Positions 27,713 through 42,401 are shown, numbered from the stretch's first letter. The stretch: DNA of 64,000 bases from Octopus sinensis (GCF_006345805.1 NC_043000.1:102486001-102550000), one strand, 5' to 3'. Notes: generated by a model not told the origin, from the letters alone. Made by a program: numbers and translations.

Positions 27713-27827
27713 TATATATATATACATGTATGTATGCTTGTATGCATGTATGTATGAATGTATACATATTTATACATATTTATAAATATATATGCATGTA
27801 TGTATGTAAGCATATATGTGCATTGTG

Positions 27828-27860
<33 letters not shown>

Positions 27861-27929
27861 CTAGTTGCTTCACTCTGCTCTATATTTATCAAGTAGATCA
27901 ATGTCACAGCTTTATAGTTTATGCATTAT

Positions 27930-28500
27930 TCTTGGTTATTTATGGGTAACGTCTGCAACACTGCTTTATGACTGTGAGACCTGGAACATCTATTCCAAAC
28001 AAGAGCAGCAGCTCAACGTCTCACCGCTACACAGTACAAAATGGATCGTTAGCAATGGGGGTCCCAAGTCACCTGCAAGTTATCCAGCCCACTCTTTTAA
28101 TTGCAACAATGACTATGCTGTCTGAGTCACGTACAATGCATATCAGCTGAAAGGATCCCGAAAGACACGGTATATAGTGAAGTGATTTTAGGTAAGAGGA
28201 TGCGAGGACGACCCTGTCTTCTTTTCAAAGATATCTGCAATTGAGAAATGATGTTTTCTGATGTGAACGCAGAAATGTGGGAAGTTGTGGTGATCACTCT
28301 GCTGGAAGCTGAAAATAGACAAGGGTTTAAAAAGACGACTGGAGATGCTGAAGTTTGATGAAGAAAAGCAAAATCGACTGGGGAAACAGCACCAGAGAAT
28401 GTCTGACAGTCAGTACTTTCAAATGCAGTCGCTATAGACACTCACACGCCATTTACAAGCGAGTGTCTACAGTCACAACAACTACTGTTCTGTGCCAGCA
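27930..28500 (+). mobile_element. RTE-clade LINE 3' fragment
   Basis: TLLYDCETWNIYSKQEQQLN and RIPKDTVYSEV..GKR.RGRPCL.FKDIC. Confidence 0.7.
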
Positions 28501-28669
28501 AGACAGAAGCAAAACTTTCCAGGCCTAGATCAACGGTCTATGTATGCCTTCTATGTACATATGCATATGCGCTCGCGCGTGTGTGTCAATGTGTCAAATG
28601 TGTGTGTGTGTGTCAATGTGTCGATGCGTGTGTGTTTGTGTCTCTGTCTGTTTGTGCCTGTGTGAGTTG

Positions 28670-28945
28670 AAGCACTGGCGTGACAATGTGGTAAGAAGTT
28701 TACTTCCCAACCACATGGTTCGGGGTTCAGTATCACTGCCTGGTGTCATCTATTATAGACCCTGGCTGACCAAAGCTTTGTGAGTGGAGTTGACAGACGA
28801 AAACTGAAAAAAGCCCATCCTTTATGTGTGCTTGTGTGTACATATCTTGTCTGTGTTTCTCCTCCAGTATCGTTTAACAGTAGGTATCGGTTTGTCTACA
28901 TCCTTGTAACTTAGCGGCTCGTTAAAAGTAGAGGATAAAATAAGT
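28670..28945 (+). mobile_element. SINE family B, decayed
   Basis: gtggtaagaagtttacttcccaaccacatggttcggggttcag head and 3' gtaacttagcgg..ataagta. Confidence 0.7.
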
Positions 28946-29289
28946 ATTTATATATCGCAGTGTGAGCGATATATTTTTATAGAGTGAGAAAGTTTTTCAT
29001 GAGAAAGTGAGATAGACGAATGAAATTTTGAAAATTTACAAATTTGGTATATTGATCCACTTTTTCACGATGAATCCGAGCATGTAAATCATTTATTCCA
29101 GAAAGCTTTTAGAAAAATGTTGCAGAAGTTTAAAGTTTGATCATTCTTACCCAATCAGAAAACAGGATTTTTGTATGTGATAGCTGTGATAAAATGAAAG
29201 TAAGCATTAAAAGACGAAGTGTTAAACAAAATGAAAGCAATGCGTGAGAGTTAATACATACACAGAGAGAGTGAGTGTCAAAGAGTACA

Positions 29290-29349
<60 letters not shown>

Positions 29350-29357
29350 TATATATA

Positions 29358-31368
29358 TCTGCAACTCTCCCATGAAAAGGAAAGAGCAGACAAAGAAGCC
29401 TGGGCTATAGACAACATAAAATCTAACCCCAGAGCTTTCTACAGGTATGCCAAAGAAACAGCTACGGTGCACTGTAGGTTATGGCCACTCCTTGAAAAGG
29501 ATGGCACACTCACAGGAAATCCAATGAGGGTAAGTGAAATACTAAATGAGCAATTCAAGAGTGTTTTCACTCCACCCCTTGGGCATTTTCAAATCAGCAA
29601 TCCAATTGACTTCTTTACCACTGCAGATATAGAAACAGAGGCAGCGATGATTGATTACATCAATATAAAGGAAGACGATGTAATAAAGGCTATAGATGAA
29701 ATGAAAACAAACTCAGCTACTGGCCCCGATGGATTCCCGGCAATCCTTCTAAAAGTATGTAAGAGAGTCCTAGTAAGACCACTGCAGTTCCTCTTTCAGA
29801 GCTTCCTTGCAATTGGCAAACTTACAAGAAAACTGAAGGAAGGTAAAATATGCCCTATTCATAAAGGAGGTAGCAGAGCGGAGGCCAAGAACTACAGACC
29901 TATCTCTCTGACCTCATACATCGGCAAGGTCATGGAACGAATAGTCAGAAGGAAACTAATCACCTTCCTTGAAGAAAATGACTTGCTGCCTCACACCCAA
30001 CATGGTTTCCGACCAGGAAGAAGCTGCTTAACTCAGCTCCTACAACACTATGACTGGGTGCTGAAACGACTGCTCAACCACTCAAATGTGGAAGTGATAT
30101 ATCTCGACTTTGCAAAGGCCATTGATAAAGTCGATCATGGAATGATATGTCACAAACTGCGTGATCTTGGCATAGTTGGAAAGTTGAAAGAATGGTTTCA
30201 TGACTTTCTGAAGGATAGAAGTCAGGTGGTAGTAGCCAATATCTTGTCTGTGTTTCTCCTCCAGTATCGTTTAACAGTAGGTATCGGTTTGTCTACTTCC
30301 ATTAACACGCAAATAGTGAGCGGTGTTCCGCAGGGCAGTGTTTTGGGACCACTACTGTTCATAATGGCCCTCTCAGACATGTCCTCAGCCACGTAGAGAG
30401 CCACGATCACAAGTTATGCAGATGATACAAAAGTTTCACAGGCAATACAGAACCCTGAAGACACTAAGCACCTGCAATGTGAGCTGGACAAAATATACAA
30501 GTGGGCTGAAAAGAATAGCATGCAGTTCAATGCTGAAAAGTTTCAAGCTTTATGCTATCAGCATGCAAAACTAAATGCAATACCCAATGAATACACTGGA
30601 CCTAGAGGGATTGCAATCCCAGAGGCACAATCAGTGCGTGACCTGGGTATTTACATGAGTGATGACACAACCTTTCATGTACATGTTGCTAAATTGGCAA
30701 TGAAATGTAGACGGCTGGCCGGATGGATTCTTAGAACCTTTAGAACAAGAGACCAAGAAACCATGATGGTCCTCTGGAGGACACTTGTCCTAGGCCACTT
30801 TGACTATTGCTCTCAGCTATGGTCACCATCCAGTGTCAAGTTGATCACAGAACTTGAGGCGATCAACGAAGCTACACGAAGAAGATAGCCTCTGTGCGGC
30901 ATGTAAGCTACTGGAAAAGACTCAAGAGATTAAAACTCTATTCCTTGGAGCGTAGGCGAGAAAGAAATACCGTAATATACATCTGGAAGATCCTGGAAGG
31001 ACTTGTCCCAAACTTTGGCATCGAGAGTTACACAAATGCCAGAACTGGGCGCCACTGCGTGGTGCCAAGGACACCAAATTTGCCATCAAGATGTAGGACA
31101 AGATACTGTGATAGCCTGGGCTTCAGAGGCCCACAGCGCTTCAATATCCTCCCGAAGAACCTGAGGGACCTGCATGGGGTGGATGCGGATGTCTTTAAAG
31201 TAGGACTGGATCTCTTCCTGTCAGGTGTTCTGGATGAACCAACTTCACGGCAGGAGGTGGAGATGGGGGCAGCTGCATCGAACTCTCTCATGCACCAAAT
31301 GGCAGTTGCTAAAAAGCATTCGTGAAGTAAAATGTTAATATAGATATTTAAATAAAATAAAATATGAA

Positions 31369-31370
<2 letters not shown>
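29358..31370 (+). mobile_element. CR1-like LINE, 5'-truncated, near-intact RT (ORF pieces 29467-30396, 30520-30888, 30894-31325)
   Basis: GPDGFP, NYRPISLTS, QHGFRPGRSCLTQL, YLDFAKAIDKVDH, SGVPQGSVLGPLLF, in-frame TAG at 30394 then SYADD, DYCSQLWSP and LYSLERRRER. It sits within (TA)n. Confidence 0.9.
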
Positions 31371-31439
<69 letters not shown>

Positions 31440-32759
31440 TCTGATAGTAAGAGATAGAGAGTAGAAGAGTTGTCGATCTAAAAGTTGAGTTATTTCTCAT
31501 AAAAAATTAAATTTTGTATAAATATTTACGAACGACATTGTTTGTGGGACGCAGAATTCGAAAATCAATTACATCATGTGGAAAAAAAGCCGTTTCCTCC
31601 GGGTGAATTAAAGTCAAAATAAAATTTAACATTTAGGCTCTTTCACACAAGAGCCTAAATAAGAGATAAAGTAGGCGCAAAAGTACTTGCAAAAAAATAA
31701 TAAATAATAAATAAGCAATAATGAATAAATAAATGAGCTTACTACAGTGGAGGGAAGTGTCAGACACGTAAGAAAATAAAAGAAAGAGAAATGCATAGAA
31801 ATTAAAAAGAATAGAAAAGAGCAGGGTGAAGAACATGAAAAAAATGAGACAAGAAAAACAAGGAGAAATAAGAGATGGTTGTTGAATTAAAAGATAGAAG
31901 TAGTTAAAACGATTATATGTAAATAGAAGGATTAACGGAGAATCTTGCCTCTGGCAATATAAAAACATTTCTCATGGCACCAACAGACAAAATGGAAAAT
32001 GCGTTGCTTCGGATAGCGAGCGAGGTGCATTGGAACAGCCACTCTGACTCAGCAACTCATTCCCGATAGCGATGAGCAGGGTTATGGCGCTGGGGCCAAG
32101 AACGCCGGAGTTCTCAATTGTCACGGGCTCGACCATAAACCTATCAGAGAGTGAACACCGTGTATCTAATACGGGTAGCTATAAGCAATGGGAAGGAAGC
32201 GATTAGAAAGTGTACAATAGTTATAAAAATTAGATGGATATAGGGTTAAATGTAACGGAGAGTTACAAGCACAATGGAGGAAGCAATCAGAAAGCGTATA
32301 AAAGATAAAGAAATTAGGTTGATACGTAGTTGAATGCATATAAGAGGTAAAGGCCAAACTACGAACACACAAAATAAAACCAATAAAACGAGCGAAATCC
32401 AATTTAGAAATATTCATGGACATAGGAAAAAATACTTCTAACACACTAGTACTTTTTTTTATATGCATAGGGGTAAGTAAAAAAAATAGTCCAATCAATT
32501 CAAGGTAGAAGTAATAATAGAACATGAGCGATAAAACAAAGTTAAATACGATAATATAATATATAATTAACAATATAATAAACATCAGTGAAACCTATAT
32601 CCTGGTCGATAAAACTGCATATGAAAATATAATATACAATACTTACAAATACGTATAAATCAAATACAATATCGGAATAAAAGAATTTAGGATTACAAAA
32701 ATGCATTATTGTAAAATATGAAAAAGTATCCAACAAACTCAAAGTTATGCTAAAAGCAG

Positions 32760-33720
32760 TAACTTAATCATTCAGTAGCAAAGGTTTCGAAATCGGAAAT
32801 TTCAAAGAACGTCTACAACAGTTCAGACATTCCGTTTCACGATTCAATGCAGATCTATCTTGAAAAAGGATAAAATGTTTTTCACAAAGGGTATTTCATA
32901 GAAAAGATCCACGCCTATATGGGTTTGCTTTTTTCCAGAATAGGCCATGGTATTTTGAGAGGGGCAGAAACAGTTTATTTTTATTTCCATACATATTTAA
33001 ACACCTTGATTAATTTAACGGATATTTAAATAAATTTTCGTATTGATAAAGTCACATTTTCAAGTTGTTTTCTGTGGTTCAGATAAATATATTTTTATAT
33101 GTAGGGCTATTATCTATCATGATCATAGCCCTATAAGCAACTCCTTTGAACAGGAAATTATCATTAAGAGGACAGTTACTAGTATCTTCAAAATTGCACT
33201 TAAGGCCGTCATTATATTTATTAAATTCACCAAGCCTACTAACATTGTACAGGTCAACGAACTAGGCAAAGTTTTTGCAAGAATAGCTTTTAGGGTTTTG
33301 TTATATATTCTATAATATTTACGGTCTCCGGGAAAATGTTTTAATAGTAAATTTTAAATTTTTCTAGCTACATTAGTCCTAACAGTCACCTTTCTCGTTC
33401 TAGTTCTGCGAGACCTTCCGGTATTATATTCACAACTTACGTAATGGATCTGCTGGGAAAATCGGGCACTCTCGAGTGGTATAGTTGCAAGCCGCCTCAT
33501 CTGTTGGCAAGCAGGAGATCCGTTTACCTATGAAACTAACTATATTATGAAGTCAACAAGGCGGTTGACTGGAACCCTTGTTAATATAGAATATTTTTCG
33601 CTGGGCTTACGATAAGGTCCAAGACTGTTGGATTGCAGGTCTAAATTGATATCTAAGAAGTTGACACCACTAAAATTCTTGTGCTGGAAGAACAACTCTA
33701 TCGAGTTTATATGCATTTAT
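32760..33720 (-). mobile_element. Decayed Penelope-like element, second lineage (RT end + GIY-YIG)
   Basis: Minus-strand peptides VNFLDINLDL..PYRKP, KCNFEDTSNCPLNDNFLFKGVAYRA and IPWPILEKANPYRRG..LCEKHFIL..LNRETECLNCCR match the PLE C-terminal pattern. Many stops. Confidence 0.65.
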
Positions 33721-36700
33721 TACGATTATGCATCACACATATTCCCACCAGTGAAACTTTAGTATTATATCCGAGAAGTAAATAAAGGAGGTACATTAAA
33801 TAATGTGTCAACATAGTATTTTTAAAAAAGTGGGCGCTATTAATGGAGTAAGCCAAAACATTTTAATTGATTAAATTTCACTTGTTGAGGAACAATCATT
33901 AACTTAATCATTAAATTTGGTTGAGAAAAACAATGAAAATATAGGGAATATAAATCAAGTGTAACAGAATGCAATTGGGAGTGTAGTATACACCTGAGGT
34001 TTGGTTATTAATTATAAACCCGAAACTTATTATTCAGTATCTTACCCATACAACAATTTTGGTTTCACATTTTGCATAGATACAAATTTGTCGCTTCTGC
34101 AGTTTTGTCAAATTAACAATACAATGTATAAGATTATTACTGTTAGGGAAGACGTTTTTCGTCTTGCATTTAACGGTATATTGGTAAAATCGTTACTGCA
34201 TCGAATAGAATGTAGTGAGATAGTTATTGAACCAAGCTAATATATTGCCGAGGTCAACTTAGCCATTCATCCTTACGACATTGATAAATAAAATATCGCT
34301 CAAGTAATGAGGCATATTCACCTCTACCTCTTTCCCTATTTATCATCTTAGCTGCACTGGGAGAAAAAATGTCAGAGGACCACTTACAACGGATAACCAT
34401 CCTCTAAATATGGAGAAGGCTTTAGTCAGGGACTAGCAACATCTTCCAATAAAACAAACTGATATATTACTTTCACCAGTCAGGTAGATCTGTGGACACT
34501 TGAGATTCGGGAAAAGATTCAAGATTATTTAATATTCGATAAAAACCCAGCAATAATGTTCTTAATGTTATGCATGCAAAAAACTTTTTCTGGAAACATG
34601 TCTCTTTCCGTACAGCTCTCCGTTTTGTCGCAAATATATCTCCGTTTTGCATGATTAGCAAACATGAAATATATATCTTCATTATATTTTTTACACGGGT
34701 TTCTTTTTACACGGGTTTCTTTTTACACAGCATACACTCAAATAGTATTCTATACTGTTTCTACTTCAATATATTACTGGTACTTATTCAGGACATGCAA
34801 GGAGCAAAGTTTATTGTTGCAGTTAACTTTCATCTTCACCGTTTCTTTTACTAATTTATCCCTAAACTTACTTAAAATTTAACCCTAACCGTACATAAAC
34901 TTACTTCTAGTCATATATACAACAGTATAGAATACTATTTGAATACCATACCAACAACATTAACACACCCGCTCAGTAAAAACAAATATGAAAATAAAAA
35001 TTTACGCATCCATAAATAACTAAAATGAATAACCTCATATGCCTGAAACGCTGTAGAGACACATATGGATATGAATCGTGCAAAGCAGCGAAAATTGCCC
35101 CCTTCCTTTGCCAGCTTACATACTGAACAAGTTAACGTTGAAGATCGCTCCATACCCTAAATTGCATCCATTTTTATGCCCTAAATTGCACTCAGCCGCT
35201 TTTACATGAGGAAAGGTCATACTAGACAACATTGTCTGAGATATATCCCTAAGGCCATGGAGTGAACATTCCATGATTATCTCTAGTTCTGATACTTCTC
35301 AGAGGGAATTGCTCTTTGGCTAAGACATCAACAGCGACAACGGACGTAATAAGATTGATTGAAAGAAAGAAAGACCACAGCATGTCATCCAACTGTTACA
35401 GTTAATCCCTGTCCTTAACACTGCGAAGACACAGTCGATCCAAGACAGTCTGTGAATCACGTTGAGCCGCCTAATTACATGGACGCTTAATGTCTGCGCA
35501 ACAAAGAATACCTTGTAGCTATACAATAACAACAACTACAACAAGTGCTATTTATTTTATTGGCCGACTCCAGTGAAAAAGGATAAAAGGTAAAAAAATT
35601 TGAGGCTGGCGAGATTTTAATTCAAAGCTTAGAAGGACGTACTTAAACCCTGGTAAAACATTTAGTCCAATGCTGTAACATTAACTGTGAAATCCACCAA
35701 GTTCAAACAGATAAGAGAATACATTTTATATCATTAAAATTTATATTATTTCAAAGCAGCATATTTGCAGAAGAGGGTTATTGCTGGTTGAATCAATCAC
35801 AATACGAGCCAAATATGTTTTTCTTAAATTCTACATTTGTTTTCCCAGTTAAAATACAAACATCGTCATCTATATAGCCATTAAGTAATTAATATATAAA
35901 AATACATTAATTAATTTGAAAGAGATGAGTGAACTGTAAAGCCAAGGGAAAAATTTAAATATTACAGTTTTACTTCCAGATTTACTAATCTCATTCAATT
36001 ATGCATTTTTATGCTATAATTACGTAATTATTATATGAATGAGGCTGTTTGTAGTTTAACCATGGAAACAGCTGTAGAACTTGAAAAGGAAATTTTCAAA
36101 TAACAGTGAAATCTTTGCCTTTTATTCTTCTAGAGATTCTACTCTGAACATTTGTTTCAGGCCATTTTTTTTTCTTTACGCAAAGGGATTTTTGCTATGG
36201 ATAATTGATTTGAAGAAATTACATATTGGAATTTAATGATATGTCAAAAAATTGAACTCTTGAAGTCAGTGGATATATTTTTATATTGCTTTATGTGGGT
36301 TTGTGTGTGCGTGTGTGTGTGTCTGTGTGTGTGTGAATTTACCGCTCAACAGCCGATTGTTAACAGTACTTTCTTTGTTAAAAGAGCTACTTGCTACTGA
36401 AGTCCCCTTCTGTTAAAAACTAAGTGTCATTTCATACATACACACGCCCAGTCATTAAATTTATAAGATGAGAGTCAATTGAAATATGACACTTTCCTCA
36501 TGATTCTATTTTTTTCCTAACCAAATTTGTGACATTTTCCCGTTCACCGGTGGATCTCATAACCTTTTGAAATATTATATTTTATGTTTAATCAGGTACA
36601 ACCCAGTAGGATGATATTGTGTATCATCCATAACGTTCTCAGGATCACCATCAACTTAAGTAAAGGGAATTAATTTCCTGTAGAGAGAAAACTGAGTGAC

Positions 36701-37046
36701 ATAATTAATTTTTCTGAACCTGATCTCCTTCTCTTCAATGCACAATAACTGTGAAATGTATATATTGATTTATATTAAGCTTTGACTCAAGGCTTGCAAT
36801 TTCAACTGGTACTTATTTTATTGACCCCCCAAAAGGATGAAAGGTAAAGTCGACTTCGGCAGAATTTAAACTCAGAACACGAAGACGGACAAAATCCTGC
36901 TAAGCATTTTGCCCGGTGTTGACCCCGAAACGATGAAAAGCAAAGTCGACCTCGGCGGAATTTGAACTCAGAACATGAAGATGGACAAAATGCCGCTAAT
37001 CATTTTGCTCGGTGCTAGCGATTCTGCCAACTTACCGCCTTTGTGA

Positions 37047-37294
<248 letters not shown>

Positions 37295-38038
37295 CTAACG
37301 AGACAGCAAAGCACCTTCTATGCTGTCACCCACTTTGCAAGAAATAGCAACCAAATATTTCTTCATAGTTCACTATTGCAATGAGGGTTGACAGTCAGCA
37401 ACATCCTCAGATTCACTGTCCGAGGAGGTCCTATCAAAAATTTCCATCGGCAAACGTTTCAGCTGGATCCCCAAACGAGACCAACCGAAATAGTGGTCTA
37501 CCCTGAATCTCCTGTCGGTTGGCTTTACCGACAAAATTTGTTATATGATTCTTTTCCCAGGCATTCAAGCCATTCTATACCCGTAGTACCAAAGATGTAA
37601 GCTGTCAATGCAGAGAAGTTGTTGCTGGATGTTAAAAGAAACAGTAAACATTTTCTTACGAAAGGAGGCAGAATGGTCATGATTGGAAGCCTTATGATTA
37701 TAGCTCCGTTCAAACAGGGATAACCACCACCACCACCACCACATCATCATCAACAGTAACAACGACAGCAAGAATAATGATGTAAATAAAATATCAATTT
37801 CTGGCACATACATGGATTCAAACTTTGGTGGGAAAGGGTATAATCGATTTAATCAACTCTACCATCGTATTTCAATGATACATATTATATCGACCTCAGA
37901 AAGATGAAAGACAGAGTCAACCTCTGGAGGGATTTGAACACAAAACTTAAAGAGACGGAACTAAATGCCGCAAAGATCGAATTAAACACACACACTGATA
38001 TATATATATATATATATATATATCTAAATATATATTAT

Positions 38039-38082
<44 letters not shown>

Positions 38083-38682
38083 TATATATATACATACATA
38101 CATATATAGATATATATATATATATATTATATATATATATAAAAAGAAATATACAAGAAAAAAGAAAGAAAGAAAGAAAGAAAACGAAAGAAGAACAAAG
38201 AAAGAAGAAAGAAAGAAAGAAGAAGCAAAGATAGAAAGATAGAAATAAAGAAAGAAAGAAAGAAACAAACACAACACACACACACACACACACACACACA
38301 GGGGGAAGAGAGAAAGAGAGAGACAAACAAACAAAAGCTATATGCTTTGAAACGTATTTTTGAATGTAGTTCTTTTTTTTATTCCAGCTCGGTTTCCAAA
38401 TAACAACTCGAGGTAAAGTTACTGAGAAAATCGATGAGGATAGAATGGCTAATCCTTCAGGACTAAACATTCGAAAAGAGCGCATTTTATTTCTGAAGAG
38501 TACACAGAGAGCATTCGATGCTGCGCGCGGGAGACTGCTGGCTTACTTTACTAATGCAAAGCCAACCAATCACTCACCAAAGGATAAACGTCAAACACAT
38601 AATGGCCAACAAAGAACCTGGCTAATATATTTAATCGTAACAGCTCCGCTTTGCCCATTGCAGCAAGCTAAGTACAGAACCA

Positions 38683-38960
38683 ACGGTGGTGGTGGTAGTG
38701 GTGGTGGTGGTGGGTACTGGTGGTGATGGTGGTGGTGCTGGTGGTTCTGGTGCTAGTGCTGGTGGTGCTGCTACTGGTGGTACTGATGTAGATGGTAATG
38801 GTTTCGATAGAGGTGATGGGGGCCATTGGTACTGGTGCTTCTGCTGTTGATGATGGTGGTGGCCGTAGTGATAGAAGTGGAGTTGAAGTCGGTGGTAATG
38901 GTGGTGGTGGTGGTGGTGGTGGTGGTGGTGGTGGTGGTGGTGGTGGCGGTGATGGTGGTG
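38683..38960. repeat. (GGT)n-rich degenerate microsatellite
   Basis: Seen directly. Confidence 0.85.
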
Positions 38961-39200
38961 AAAGAGTGATTGGGAAATGGAAGAATGGCAGAACTAAATT
39001 CTGTGTGGAAATGTATGTGCGTGGGCAGGGAAGTATTAGTGTATGTGTCTGTGAGTCTTGAAGAAAGGGAGATGGTGATACAGAGTGAGGGTGTATACGC
39101 AGACGACTTTTTTTTCAGCACGAAACAAAACATTAGTGTTCAAAATAAGTTTCTGGGGAAGTGTATGTAGTCTGTGATATCTGTGTATGACTGCATAAAG

Positions 39201-39260
<60 letters not shown>

Positions 39261-39604
39261 GTGCGTGTGTGTGTATGTGTTTGTGTGTACAGAGAGAGTG
39301 ATAAATATCTCTGTAAGTATGCATATATATATATATATATATGTATATAGTTTTGTGAGTATGTGTGTGTGTGTGTGTGTGTGTGTGGTGTGCGTGTGCG
39401 TGTGTGTGTGCGTGTGCGTGTGTGTGTGTCAATGTGTGTGCGTTTTCTGTTTATAGTGCCGAAATTGCAATGATCTCCAGTCGACAAATGATGAAAAGAA
39501 TGTGATGCAGTATAAGCAATATGCACATATTATACATGTCTGTGCGCACCTGTATGTACGTATGTGTGTGTATGTATGTATACTTACATATATATATAAA
39601 CACG

Positions 39605-39638
<34 letters not shown>

Positions 39639-40367
39639 AACACATGTGTGTATGTATATGTAAATATCTATGATAAATATATATGTGAACTTATATATAT
39701 ATATATATATACATACATATTTATTTATTTATTCATATTTATATATCCTTTCCATATCTTGCTAGTTCCAATAATTCTATTGCCATCAAGGGTTTTTAGT
39801 CGATCATTTCGATAACAGTCAATACTCCAGTCGTGTACATATTTATCGATTGTCATTTATAAACTGTCTAGCTGATATTTTTGATATAAAGGAATGCAAC
39901 TCAACACGCCATTTTACAGCATTACACACAAGCAAAAACCACATACTCATACACATTCGCGCGCACACACTCACACACTCATATATACAAAGTTAAATAG
40001 ACAGATATATAGTTACATGTATACATACGTAGTACATAAATATATATACAGGCAAGCATATATGCATACATGATAATGGGCTAACACTAGTGTGAATTGC
40101 AATCGAGAGATGAAGCACTCAATACGAAAAGATAGAAGAGAATAACATCCATATAATGTTCATATTTGAGTCTCCTTGGATTGCTTATCAGAGTTCTGCT
40201 TTACTAAGGACATACATCGATTCATCCTTTGAATCAATATTATTTAAACACATACAGACAGGCACGCTTTCACAGACACATAGACACACATATACACTGC
40301 ATATATACATATATATATATAATATATATATATATATATTATATATATATAATATATATAATATATA

Positions 40368-40398
<31 letters not shown>

Positions 40399-40441
40399 GA
40401 TATATATATGTACATGTTGCGTTGTGTGTGTGTATGTGTGT

Positions 40442-40493
40442 ATTGTAGTCTGACGATGCCTTAGCAGGCCGAAATTTAGAAGTTACTGTCAAT
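40442..40493 (+). ncRNA. Type I hammerhead ribozyme-like motif
   Basis: ATTGTAGT-CTGACGA-TGCC-TTAGCA-GGC-C-GAAA-TTT-AG-AAG-TT-ACTGTCAAT: intact core, stems I-III can form, GUU triplet. Confidence 0.65.
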
Positions 40494-40529
40494 AATATTC
40501 TTGTTTAAAAATAACAAACTTAAAGAGAT

Positions 40530-40905
40530 TTGTTGTGTAAAGCCGGAGCCAATGCGAGAATGTACAGGGTAAACTACAAAAGGAAAAAGAAAACAAAAGA
40601 AAGTTGCAGTTTTACCTTGTATTTCTGTATTTCGGGGTCATGACCACTTCTTCAGGACATTTGGAAAAAGCGAGGGAAGGGAAAGTCGCGGCTGAGATGT
40701 GTGTAGTAAGAAAGAGGGAGGTAACGTGTGCAGATTGATGCTGCTATAGTAAGCAGTCTACTTCATGAAGTTCCTTCCTGCTATTAATGGCAGGTCTCAC
40801 TTTGTTGATACGGAAGGCCTCCATGATTCTGAAATTGCTTCTGTTGGGTTAAGTGACTCTGATGGATACTTTAAAATCCTGTGTTAGGCATTTATTTAGG
40901 TGGGG
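40530..40905 (-). mobile_element. PLE 3' end (GIY-YIG C-terminus + UTR with degenerate HHR at about 40615-40660)
   Basis: HLNKCLTQDFKV..FRIMEAFRINKVRPAINSRKE, then CTGAAGA-agtggtc-at-gacccc-GAAA on the minus strand. Confidence 0.65.
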
Positions 40906-41096
40906 TTTTTTTTTTATTGGACTCTAACTCAATTCATTGAACAATATCACAACACTATCATTAATTTATCAGTAAGTTAAAATAGTAAATATTTCACAAG
41001 ATTCAAATTATATGTGAGTGTGAGTGTGTATATATTTATATATACGGATGTAAGCATGTGTGTATGCATGTTCAATGAACGTAGAGCAACTAATCA

Positions 41097-42260
41097 TACA
41101 AGGGTCGGGTGAAAAGTTCATAGACTGACCAAGATATTCTCGGTGTTGCAGTCTTTGGATCCCATTAGTAAAGAAGCTTTCATCATGTTGATAAAAAAAA
41201 TCAGCAGCAGCAGTAGCAGCATATATGACGTCTTCATCCATGATTCTGGTTCCCAGCCAAGTGTTTTTCCTGTTAGGGAACTGATGATAGTCAGATGAGG
41301 CCAAATCAGGAAAACAGAGATTGTGATCAACCAGTTGAAAGTGACACTTAAGCAGCCATTGAGACCAATGACTTGTGTGATGCAGCATTGTCCTGATGAA
41401 GCAGGACTCCTTTCACCAGTCTTCTTGGTGCTTAGTCTTGCCAACCTTTCGTAACTGCCTCAACAAGGTGGCATAGTACTTTCCATTGATGGTGTACACC
41501 TTTTGAAGATAGTCAAAAATCACAATGTCTTTTGCATCCTAAAAAACTGAAGCCAGCTGAAACGACCTATGCCTTCTTTGGAGCAGGTGCGGGTGTGGAG
41601 CGGGTTTCACTGCATGGATTGTCTCTTTGTCTCATGCTTACCCTGGGTTGGGAAATATTCAAAGAAAGTAGCTGGGTCTGTTTCAAACAATGTCAGATTT
41701 CCCCTTGATATGATCGGCCTGATGCGCTTTTGACCAGGTGTCAGAAGACGTGACACCCATCGAGGAGAAACCTTCGTGATTCCAAGTTTAGAAATTTCTC
41801 AACTGTGCCGAAAATTCTCAACTCTCACGTGGAACATGTTAATAAGATTGGCTATTTGATTAATCATCAATTGCCTGTAATCTATCAGCATGTGGTGAAC
41901 AGGATCAATGTTTCCCTCGGTGGTGGCACTTGCAGGACGTCCAGACCACGGGTTATCTTCAAGACACTCCCTTCGCCTCATAAATACAGCTGCCCACTTT
42001 TTTTCACTGTTGATAAAGTTGGAGCATCATCCCCTAATGGAGCAACCATGTCAGCCTGAATGTCGTTGGGGGCTGAACCCTTTCTCTGCAAGTACTTGAT
42101 AACATCACGATGCCAAATTTTTGTCCATTTTAAAGAGAAGTCGCTACTAGTTTTCTCTGAACAGTCAGATTTCAGTTTACCCAAATGCAGTAAGAGATGA
42201 AGTTAACGCTTGCAAGTTTTCAGAGCATTACCTCTTCGTAACTTTTCAGCCCACAAAAGT
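41097..42260 (-). mobile_element. mariner transposon (irritans-like), decayed
   Basis: HRDVIKYLQRKG, EDNPWSGRPASATT, LLHQDNA and PDLASSDYHQFP (YSPDLAP.D motif). TIR-like ..tgaaaagtt.. at both ends. Confidence 0.85.
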
Positions 42261-42300
42261 GAATATGTACAATATGCACACATACAATATATGTACTATA

Positions 42301-42334
<34 letters not shown>

Positions 42335-42343
42335 CTATATATA

Positions 42344-42401
<58 letters not shown>

